DNA of 32,000 nt, from the NCBI RefSeq assembly GCF_000014265.1, contig NC_008312.1, positions 1,230,001 through 1,262,000 on the forward strand. Reading direction: 5' to 3'. This DNA is from Trichodesmium erythraeum IMS101 (GTDB lineage Bacteria > Cyanobacteriota > Cyanobacteriia > Cyanobacteriales > Microcoleaceae). The notes beneath the pieces were generated by a model. It had not been told where the DNA came from. It saw only the letters and a list, made by a program, of their open reading frames with translations, and did no database searches. A program made the position numbers and the translations under genes. Below are positions 1 through 8,059 of the stretch, piece after piece. Each line of letters opens with the position of its first letter. Positions within the stretch are counted from its first letter, which is position 1.

Positions 1-77
1 ATCCATAATAAAAGTCTTAGGGAATTAGGATCAATGTTCTGGTTTCAGAGGTACTGTTAACTGATAACTCTTCACCG

Positions 78-776
78 TTAATTGAAATGACTAGGAATTA
101 AAATTAAAGACCAGTAGGGAACTTCAGTTGGTTCAACCTCAGTAATACTAATAATTTTTTGCTCGGTTTGGGTTGCCCTTTCAATATAAAGTGCCCGCTG
201 CAACAGCCCTAACTCATCCAGAATATTGCGAACTTTAGCAAAATGCCTGCCTAATTTGATAATTACTACCGCATCGGCAACAGCTAGGCGATCGCGTAAT
301 TTAACCTCATCTAAAGTAGCAGGTATAATGGTCAAGACATCATTGCGGTAAGTCATTGGCACACTGAGCATAGCAGCGCTTGCCGTTATGGAGGAAATTC
401 CGGGCACAACTTCAGTGGAAAACTTTCCTGAAAGTCGCTGAAAAATATACATAAATGAGCCATACAGCATCGGTTCTCCCTCACATAAAACTGCTACATC
501 TTGTTTCAATTCCAGGTATTGACTAATCTGTTGGGCAGCTTGGTCATAATAGGGTTGGGATGACTCGTGAATATTAAAGGGCAAGTACATCGGAATTTCT
601 GTCTGGTCAGAACGAATAACATTAGCTACGATCGCTCGTGCCAAAGATTTGCTGTTTTCTGAAGTAGGGTAAGCAATTACTGGAACAGTAGTTAAAATTC
701 GGTGTGCTTTGAGAGTCAGTAACTCTGGGTCTCCAGGCCCAATACCTAATCCATATAGTTTTCCTAGTTTTGTCAT
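78..776 (-). CDS. cobI: precorrin-2 / cobalt-factor II C20-methyltransferase (CobI/CbiL)
   Basis: 232-aa ORF. The N-terminal LYGLGIGPGDPELLTLKA motif is typical of tetrapyrrole (corrin) methylases. Length and the internal VPGISS motif fit CobI/CbiL. Confidence 0.85.
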   Translation of the reverse strand: MTKLGKLYGLGIGPGDPELLTLKAHRILTTVPVIAYPTSENSKSLARAIVANVIRSDQTEIPMYLPFNIHESSQPYYDQAAQQISQYLELKQDVAVLCEGEPMLYGSFMYIFQRLSGKFSTEVVPGISSITASAAMLSVPMTYRNDVLTIIPATLDEVKLRDRLAVADAVVIIKLGRHFAKVRNILDELGLLQRALYIERATQTEQKIISITEVEPTEVPYWSLILIPSHFN

Positions 777-1768
777 TTCTTAATTATACCAGTTTGAAAA
801 AAGTTTTTTCATAGTTTTATTCTAGTCCCAATTTATTTATTTTTGGGGATAGTCTCAAAGCAAACTAGAGTTAGGATGTACTTAAATATATAAAATTATA
901 CACTAAAAGAAGTTTGGAAAATGTACAGAAAAAAAAATTAATTCTACTGTAGCTAAAAAAAAGAGTGCTTTACCTATACGATAGAAAATTTTACCTATAT
1001 ATTAGAACGATTAATATAACAGAACGAAAACTAGTCATTATTCGGGTTTTAAAATCATTAAAAACACATAAAATAATTATAACTGTATATAGAAAATTCC
1101 ATAGTATTTTCCTATCCCATTAGCTGAAAAAATATCAAAAAAAAGATATATATTTTATTTTAAAATCAAAAAAATTAGCTATGATTAAACGAGGTATAAA
1201 ATATGAAATACTAGCATAATTAAAATCAAGATCGGTGAAGCTAAATTATTATTAAATCAAAAGATTACCAATATGCAAGAGAGAAATAATTTACTAAATT
1301 ATAAAAACTAGAAAAATTGTCAAAAATATGTTTCCAAAAAAAGTATATTTTGAGCAATTTATCATCCCCAGAAAAAGCTCAAAAATCTATATCTAGAGAA
1401 CGGTAATAGAAGCAATATTTAAAAATTATAAAAGCAGTGTTTATAATCTAGAAGTATATCAAGCTAATTAAACGAGACTGAATAATTTAATTTTATTAAT
1501 AGCTCTTTCATTCACAATTAGTTATTTTTAAGAACAAAAAATTAAAAATAAAATGGTTAAATAATATATATCAATAACTAAAAAAAAGTAGAAGCTAAAG
1601 AAAGCAAAGTAGCTTTTTTATTTGATTATCTTGTATTTATTCCCAAATAAATAATAACTTTACCTAGAAATTATCAGGAAATTTAATACTGCTTAATCCT
1701 CATAAATAAAGGAAAAAAATTAATTCTGGAACCATGACAATAAAAGTGGTAATTTAGAAGTTATTTTT

Positions 1769-1860
1769 AGTTAACTAATCTCCCAAATATTCAGGTTTTA
1801 TGGATATTATGGTTGAAATTCCATGAAGCCTTTTCCTATTCTATAAGTCAAGCTTTTTGT
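1769..1860 (+). repeat. left arm of a 92-bp inverted repeat pair (partner at 5163-5254)
   Basis: Hand alignment with the reverse complement of 5163-5254 gives about 80 of 92 matching positions (agtYaactaatctcccaaatattcagg...ctataagtcaagcttttt). Confidence 0.85.
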
Positions 1861-2219
1861 CCTGTACTTAGACTTTTATGTCCCTGGTGGACACTGCTCT
1901 TAAGTTGGGTATCAGCTTTTTTGAGTATATCTAAAGATCGCATCTGTGAAGCGGGAATCATTCTTCCTCTGGCAACTATTATCAGTGTTCAAGCTTCTGT
2001 TCATTTCTTCAGTTGCTCATGGTCAGCAGAATCATTCCCTACCCCCAATTATTGAGGGGATACACTATGATTGATGCTTAAATGCAAATTTTTGTTTTAT
2101 CTGAACCGTATTGTGGTATAAGCCCTGAGAATAGGTGTTTAAGAATTGTAGTGAAGCGATCGCTACAACATGATAAAATATAACATTATAGGGGTTTTGT
2201 ATAAATTAAATAACTAACT

Positions 2220-3944
2220 ATGCTAGAAACCACAAAAAAAAAAGACGTTCAAGTTGTCATAATTGGTCAAGATACAAAAGTACTAAGGTCTCGCACCTGG
2301 GATAGACTAAAATTTGAAGTGGAATATTCCCTGCAAAAAGGTACCACTGCCAACTCCTATCTCATTCAAGGAGAAAAAACCGCAGTTATCGACCCCCCCG
2401 GAGAATCATTTACTCAAAATTATTTAGAATCATTACAACTACGCTTAGATTTGCATCGTCTTGACTATGTGATTCTCGGTCACTTTAATGCTAATCGTGG
2501 AGGGACCCTAAAAGAATTGTTAGCAATAGCACCATCTGTTACCTTTGTCTGCTCAAACCCTAGTGTTTTAAACCTAAAAGACTATTTTAAAGATGAAGAA
2601 TTGAAAATTAAGGTAGTAAAAGGAGAAGATACCCTTGACTTAGGTAGTGGCCATAAATTGCAGTTACTCACCACTCCCAGTCCTAAATGGCCAGATGGCC
2701 TAATGACCTATGACCCCCAAACTCAAATTCTGTTTACAGATAAATTTTTCGGCGCTCATGTTTGCGGAGACCAAGTTGCTGATGAAGGGTGGACTATTTA
2801 TAGCGAAGATAGACGCTTTTATTATGATTGTCTCCATGCAGCTCAAGCCAAACAAGTACTTTCTACCCTGGAAAAAATTTCTGAGTTAACAGTGAAACTC
2901 TATGCTCCTGGTCACGGGCCACTGGTACGTTATGGGATGATGGAGTTAACCAATCTGTATCGGAAGTGGAGTCAGGAACAGAGTTCGCGAGACTTAAATG
3001 TAGTTTTACTTTATGCTTCAGCTTATGGTAACACAGCTATTGTTGCCCAGGCGATCGCTAGAGGCTTAACTAAAGCAGGGGTAGCTGTAGAATCAATTAA
3101 CTGTGAAGTTGCCACATCTAATGAAATAAGGGAAGTAGTAGAAAAATGCGATGGGTTTATTATTGGTTCCCCCACTCTCGGCGGTCATGCACCAACTCAA
3201 ATTCAAACAGCTTTGGGTATTGTATTAAATACAGCTTCTAAGGATAAATTAGCAGGAGTATTTGGTTCCTTTGGTTGGAGTGGTGAAGCAATAGATTTTT
3301 TGGAAAGTAAGTTAAAAGATACAGGCTATAAATTTGGTTTTGAGCCTATTAGAGTAAAATTTAAGCCAGATGATGTGATGATTCAAACTTGTCAGGAAGC
3401 TGGTATTGATTTTGCCCAAGCTTTGATTAAATCACAACAACGTCGTTCACCTAAAGCTTCTGTAAGAGGCTCGGGAAGCGATCGCACCGCTCAAGCAGTG
3501 GGAAGGGTTGTGGGTTCTTTATGTGTGATGTCTGCCAAACGTGGGGATGTCACTAGTGCTATGTTAGCTTCTTGGGTATCTCAAGCAAGTTTTAATCCTC
3601 CTGGTGTAACTGTTGCTGTTGCTAAAGACCGGGCTTTAGAATCTTTGACCCATACAGGCGATCAATTTGTGTTGAATATATTAGCTGAGGAAAAGAAGAA
3701 TTTACAAAGGCATTTTATTAAAACTTTTACACCGGGAGAAGATCGTTTTATTGGCATTCAGACAAAGGAAGCTAATAATGGTTGCCCAATTTTAGAAGAT
3801 GCTCTTGCTTATCTAGAATGTAAAGTAGTCAAACGGATGGAATGTGGCGACCATTGGTTAGTTTATGCTCTGGTAGAGAATGGTCAACTATTAAATGATG
3901 GAGTGACTGCTGTTCACTTCCGCAAAACAGGCATTCATTATTGA
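2220..3944 (+). CDS. flv1: flavodiiron protein (class C; metallo-beta-lactamase-like + flavodoxin-like + flavin reductase domains), Flv1-type with non-canonical diiron site
   Basis: 574-aa ORF with three recognisable parts: an N-terminal beta-lactamase-like fold (TANSYLIQGEKTAVIDPPG), a flavodoxin-like core (VVLLYASAYGNT...IIGSPTLGGH), and a C-terminal flavin reductase domain (SFNPPGVTVAVAK...DHWLVYALVE). The H-x-E-x-D-H ligand motif reads H-F-N-A-N-R (nt 2481-2498). Confidence 0.85.
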   Translation: MLETTKKKDVQVVIIGQDTKVLRSRTWDRLKFEVEYSLQKGTTANSYLIQGEKTAVIDPPGESFTQNYLESLQLRLDLHRLDYVILGHFNANRGGTLKELLAIAPSVTFVCSNPSVLNLKDYFKDEELKIKVVKGEDTLDLGSGHKLQLLTTPSPKWPDGLMTYDPQTQILFTDKFFGAHVCGDQVADEGWTIYSEDRRFYYDCLHAAQAKQVLSTLEKISELTVKLYAPGHGPLVRYGMMELTNLYRKWSQEQSSRDLNVVLLYASAYGNTAIVAQAIARGLTKAGVAVESINCEVATSNEIREVVEKCDGFIIGSPTLGGHAPTQIQTALGIVLNTASKDKLAGVFGSFGWSGEAIDFLESKLKDTGYKFGFEPIRVKFKPDDVMIQTCQEAGIDFAQALIKSQQRRSPKASVRGSGSDRTAQAVGRVVGSLCVMSAKRGDVTSAMLASWVSQASFNPPGVTVAVAKDRALESLTHTGDQFVLNILAEEKKNLQRHFIKTFTPGEDRFIGIQTKEANNGCPILEDALAYLECKVVKRMECGDHWLVYALVENGQLLNDGVTAVHFRKTGIHY

Positions 3945-4134
3945 TATACTTCCGACGTTCCGCTTACAAAAGCAATACAGGATTATTCAGTCAGGTCAAA
4001 ACTGACCATGGTTTTGAGGTGAAGCTATTTCCTCCCCTATATTGACCCCGACTATAATCAAATACCTCCTGCTTGTTAAAAGAAGCGGAACGTTTTTTTT
4101 ATGTAAGTATCCAACTGTTGACGCTGGCTTTCCC

Positions 4135-5058
4135 TTATAGAAGCCATTTGGGATCTTTCTGAAAGACTATAATGGATAGAAAATGCCATATTCTAGTAGC
4201 TTGACAGATGAGGAGTGGGTTATAATTGAACCCCTGTTACCCAAAAAGAAAAGAACTAAACCCCCCAAATGGACTAAAAGAGAAATATTGGATGGTGTTC
4301 TCTACCAACTTAAGAATGGTTGTAACTGGTGTGACTTACCCAAGGATTTACCTCCTTATTCGACGGTATTTTGGCACTACAAACAATGGCGTATTGGAAG
4401 GGGTAATTGAGAAGATTAGAGATGTTTTACATGGACAACTGCGTCAAAAGGTAAAAAAAAAAGCGCTCCGGGACAACTTTAATCATCATTGACTCACAAG
4501 CAGTCAAAAATACTTGTAATGCAAGTACAGAGTCGAAAGGATTTTGCTTTTACAAGAGTACTAATGGAATCAAGCGGCATCTAGCAGTAGATAGCCTCGG
4601 TTTTCCTTTTTTTACTCATTGTACTAAAGCATCAGTCTCTGATGATGTGGGATTAATTGAAATGTTGTCTGACAATATTAATTACTTCAAATCTAAACCT
4701 GTCAATATTCCTAAAATCACTATTCTTCAGACATACGGATATCACCCGGAAAAATTAACGATTGAGTTGAAAAAAATTTATCCAGCGATTATGACCAAGA
4801 TTCGGTTTAAGCTCTCACCTAAGCCCTCGAAAGCCCTCGAAGAAGAAGCAGGGACAAAGGGGTTTTGTACCCGTCAAAGCTAGATGGGTCATTGAAAGAA
4901 CTAATTCTTGGATGGAAAGATGTAAGAGTTTAGTCAAAAACTTTGAAAGAACTCTTGAGAATGCCACCACCAAGATTAATCTTTGTTTTGTTAGACTTAT
5001 GCTTAAGAGATTGGCGATCGCCTGAACGGCAAAAAAAGATCCCAAATAGGTTCTATAA
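4135..5058 (+). mobile_element. IS5-family (IS427/IS1031-like) insertion sequence, about 0.92 kb, with terminal inverted repeats
   Basis: Terminal inverted repeats of about 23 bp: ttatagaagccatttgggatcttt at 4135-4158 against the reverse complement of aaagatcccaaataggttctataa at 5035-5058. They enclose a transposase reading frame. Boundaries are +/-3 nt. Confidence 0.8.
4183..5025 (+). pseudogene. IS5-family DDE transposase, disrupted (reading passes through frames 1, 2, 3, 1)
   Basis: The N-terminal LTDEEWVIIEPLLP...YQLKNGCNWCDLPKDLPPYSTVFWHYKQWR motif continues in another frame as EGVIEKIRDVLHGQLRQ. After the A9 run at 4451-4459 it reads IIIDSQAVKN...GIKRHLAVDSLG. The tail [29 protein letters not shown] ends at 5025. 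There are at least two non-programmed frame breaks. Confidence 0.8.
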
Positions 5059-5162
5059 TATGAAGGGTGAAAAAAGAATGTGTTCAAATAGTAAGAAAGT
5101 TTAGTCTCAGTCAAATTAATTATTACTATTACTGTTCAGTATAGTTGATATCTAAGTATAGG

Positions 5163-5254
5163 AAAAAAAGCTTGACTTATAGAACAGGAAAAGGTTTCAT
5201 AGAACTTCAACCATAATGTTCATGCAGCCTGAATATTTGGGAGATTAGTTGACT
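5163..5254 (-). repeat. right arm of the 92-bp inverted repeat pair (partner at 1769-1860)
   Basis: Its reverse complement aligns with 1769-1860 at roughly 87% identity. Confidence 0.85.
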
Positions 5255-5370
5255 ACACTGAACAATACAAAGTTCTCGGTAGAAAAAAAACATTCCCCGC
5301 TCTTATGTCAGGGAATGGTGAATGCTGGCTAATGATTCTTAAATTTGACCAGCAAATACTCTTGAAATGC
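5253..5370 (+). repeat. about 115-bp repeat module, copy A (copy B at 24802-24920); probable end of a decayed IS
   Basis: The stretch acaatacaaagtt...aaaaaacattcccc(g/a)ctcttatgtcagg(g/a)aat.gtg.a..ctgg.taat.attc is shared with 24802-24920 at about 80% identity. Confidence 0.75.
5283..5317 (-). terminator. intrinsic-terminator-like hairpin inside repeat copy A (read on the minus strand)
   Basis: A perfect 7-bp stem, cattccc (5291-5297) with gggaatg (5311-5317), has a 13-nt loop. An A8 run at 5283-5290 gives a U-tract on the minus strand. Confidence 0.45.
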
Positions 5371-5374
5371 ACAT

Positions 5375-5599
5375 AATACTTTGTCTAGAGCAAATATTGA
5401 CCAACTTACGTCCAGTGTTTAGTCGTCATGCCACTTATAAATAGTTCGTTATACTAATTTCGGGCATTCGTTTATGCAACCAACATTCGGCAGTTACAAA
5501 TGATCGACTTGCTGTGGAACTAACACAACATTTTTACACCGAAGCTTTGCACTGGTTCCATTCCCAGAAGATTAACAGAGAGATTCAGCAAAGTTCGTG
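5375..5599 (+). pseudogene. N-terminal fragment of a transposase (IS4/IS701-like), truncated
   Basis: Reads MHIILCLEQILTNLRPVFSRHATYK*FVILISG...LHWFHSQ. This resembles the L..L.P.FSR.AT..WF N-terminus of IS4/IS701-type transposases. It has an internal stop and no DDE domain follows. Confidence 0.35.
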
Positions 5600-6244
5600 G
5601 GAGAGATGGAAGTCTTTATAGAGCTTTATAATAGCTAACACAGTCCAAGGCAGCCTCTAATTTTTACGGATGAAGCAGTTGTCTAGTTCACCGGGGATCT
5701 TTATGAACCAATTGAAATGCAAGCACCTCAAGATGCTAAAGAAGATTATCACTACACTAGTGAAAGAACTCAAGCTTTGTTTATATTTTTTGATCTCATT
5801 AGCGGTTGGCGACTAGTTACTGGATAGCCTTACCAGTATTAATTAGGCGGAATAAATTCGACCATTATTAGAGGTAAATTATCTTAAAGCTGAAAAAGTG
5901 AAATTACTTTGGGATAATCTTAATACTCATAATATTGCTTCATGGTACAAGGCTTTGCCCGCGCCAGAAGCACACCGTCTGACTCAAAGATTGGAAATTT
6001 ATCAGACACCTTGTAATGTTAGTTGGCTGAATGTTGCCGAGATTGAAATAAGTGTTTGATCACAGCAATGTCTGGCTCGACGTATTCCCACTGTGACGCA
6101 ACTGGCATCAGAATTGAATACTTGGCAATAGGAATGAAATCACACAGCTAGTAAAGTCATTTGGAATTTCACAACCCAAGATGCACGAATTAAATTGAAA
6201 TATCTTTATCCGATTTTTGAAACTATGACAGACTCAAAACTTTA
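5600..6244 (+). pseudogene. IS630-family DDE transposase, multiple stops and frameshifts
   Basis: Fragments read PLIFTDEAV, YEPIEMQAPQDAKEDYHYTSERTQALFIFFDLISGWR, LLWDNLNTHNIASWYKALPAPEAHRLTQRLEIYQTPCNVSWLNVAEIEISV* and QQCLARRIPTVTQLASELNTWQ*..VIWNFTTQDARIKLKYLYP. This is the typical IS630 C-terminal architecture. Confidence 0.75.
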
Positions 6245-6377
6245 AACACTTGTTTTCCTCTGCCAATTTTTAGCGATCGCTTCTTTCTTCTTGTCAATTT
6301 TTAGCGATCGCCTGATGGTCTGTGGTCAGAACTTCCTGCCCCTAAGACTAATACACTATTGTAAACTTGACACGCCA

Positions 6378-6600
6378 GTAGTAGTTGATAGATTCTTTCC
6401 ATCATCAAAAATTTACTTGAGTGAAACGGAGATTTTTCACTTAGCCTGGTATTAGTCGTCTCACTTCAATTACCAAGCTAGACTATATATATTAATGGTT
6501 GCAACCAGGATGAATTTTGCTAACAGTATCAGTGCCGATAGCTGGAATATAAAACTTAGTGATGCTACTTGAACTAGTAGTAGTTGATAGATTCTTTCCA
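6378..6600 (+). repeat. tnpB-derived repeat, first cluster (two copies of the VVVDRFFPS codon block, 199 bp apart)
   Basis: gtagtagttgatagattctttcca occurs at 6378 and 6577. The sequence between reads FANSISADS / LEYK in shifted frames, which resembles the TnpB LAKSISDASW...LEYK segment. Confidence 0.7.
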
Positions 6601-7140
6601 ATATCCAGACTTATGCAAAGACACTATATATAGTGTATAATAAATTGACTATTTTCACTATAGGTTTGTGGAACAAAGCGCTTCACCACCCCAAGCAAAC
6701 GCTTAATTATTTTTATTCAAAAACACTTTTAATTATTCAAATTAAATAAACCTCATTTTTTTTTAGGGTATTTTAATTCTGAGAATAGACCCAACAGTTG
6801 ATTCAACAGTTGATTGTATTATGGCTAATATTTTTTATTTTGAGAATACTAAATTCATTATAGTACACTTGCTTTGAGTAATTGTGTAAATATTGACAAT
6901 AATCAAAATATTTAAAACTTTATGCTTGAGATTTAAATGCTTTTATTATAACAGTTATATTTTTTTTCGTGAACTTATTTAATAAAATTAAATAATATCT
7001 TACCATGATTTATGCTCTAATTAGTATTAGAAAATAATTGCATTAAAGATGGTACTTATCCAGAAAAACCAAGAAGTAGAATCAAGGTAATAATACTTAA
7101 AACTTACGCTATATGTAGTGTCCCTAAGTAAATCCTGATC

Positions 7141-7790
7141 CTAAAAAAATTGCTCTAGTGGAAAGGAGATTTGCTCGTGAAGCCTCGTAATTAGTTGTCT
7201 CACTTCAATCACCAAGCTAAACTATATATATTAAAAGTTACAGCCAGGATAATTTTTGCTAATAGTATCACTGGCAACAGTTAGAATATAAAACTCAGTG
7301 ATACGGTTTAAATTAGTAGTAATTCATAGGTTCTTTCCATCATGGAAAATTTGCTCTAGTATAACGGAGGTCTCCTCGCAAAGCCTGGTATTGGTCGTCT
7401 CACTTCAATCACCAAGCTAGACTATATGTATTATAAAGTTACAATCAAGTTACAACCAGGATAACTTTTGCCAACAGTATCACTGGCAACAGCTAGGATA
7501 TAAAACTCAGTGATACCGTTTGAATTAGTAGTAACTCATAGGTTCTTTCCATCAAGGAAAGTTTGCTCTAGTATAACGGAGGTCTGTTCGCGAAGCCTGG
7601 TATTGGTCGTCTCACTTCAATCACCAAGCTAGACTATATGTATTAAAAATTACAACCAACTTACAACCAGGATAACTTTTGCCAACAGTATCAGTGGCAA
7701 CAGCTGGGATCTAAAGCTCAGTGATACCGTTTGAATTAGTAGTAATTCATAGGTTCTTTCCATCATGGAAAATTTGCTCTAACTGTGGTG
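7141..7790 (+). repeat. tandem array, about 3.1 units of 201-212 bp, derived from an internal tnpB segment
   Basis: The anchor ttgctcta(g) lies at 7150, 7351, 7563 and 7774. The anchor gtagtaa(t/c)tcataggttctttccatca lies at 7316, 7528 and 7739. Units are about 90% identical and all contain stop codons. Confidence 0.85.
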
Positions 7791-7951
7791 ATCTATACGG
7801 ATATACCACAAAGAATGGGAACGTTTGCCTGCTCTTAATGCGGTATATCATTGACCAAGATTTGAATAAAAGTACAAACCTAAAAAACGTGGTCTGGGAA
7901 GACTCATCAATAGCTGTAGATGATTACTGCCAAAGGTCTAAGAGTCAGTAG
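7739..7951 (+). pseudogene. tnpB: C-terminal relic of TnpB (IS200/IS605 family; Zn-ribbon region)
   Basis: Reads VVIHRFFPSWKICSNCG....(DQ)DLN(KS)TNL, matching the TnpB V.VDRFFPSSK.CS.CG...DRD.NAA.N pattern. The second CxxC is lost, and the preceding RuvC part is replaced by the tandem array. Confidence 0.6.
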
Positions 7952-8059
7952 GAAGTAAACATGACTATTGTTGCCTTATGTGACACTTTCTTTGTGTGAC
8001 ACTTTCCTCATGTGAAAATTGATAGAGCAGTATGCATTTTTTCTAGGAGAATAAAATTT

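Noticed and set aside
1813-2055. 80-aa ORF upstream of flv
   Set aside because: It starts inside the 92-bp inverted repeat and has no RBS. Its Cys/Trp/Ser/Phe-rich composition is odd and it has no recognisable motif. It is most likely a chance ORF in repeat-derived DNA.
4815-5114. 99-aa minus-strand ORF
   Set aside because: It is antisense to the IS5-family transposase tail and spans the IS end. It has no motif and is a shadow ORF.
7141-7790. CRISPR array interpretation of the regular repeats
   Set aside because: The period is about 210 bp and the whole unit is repeated, so there is no alternation of 25-40-bp repeats with unique spacers. No cas genes are present, and the unit reads as tnpB fragments.
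8012-8059. Upstream extension of glk (track ORF start at 8012)
   Set aside because: The 16 extra codons (MKIDRAVCIFSRRIKF) precede the canonical MTLL.AGDIGGTK N-terminus. The ATG at 8060 has an AGGAG at correct spacing, and the 8012 start is GTG.
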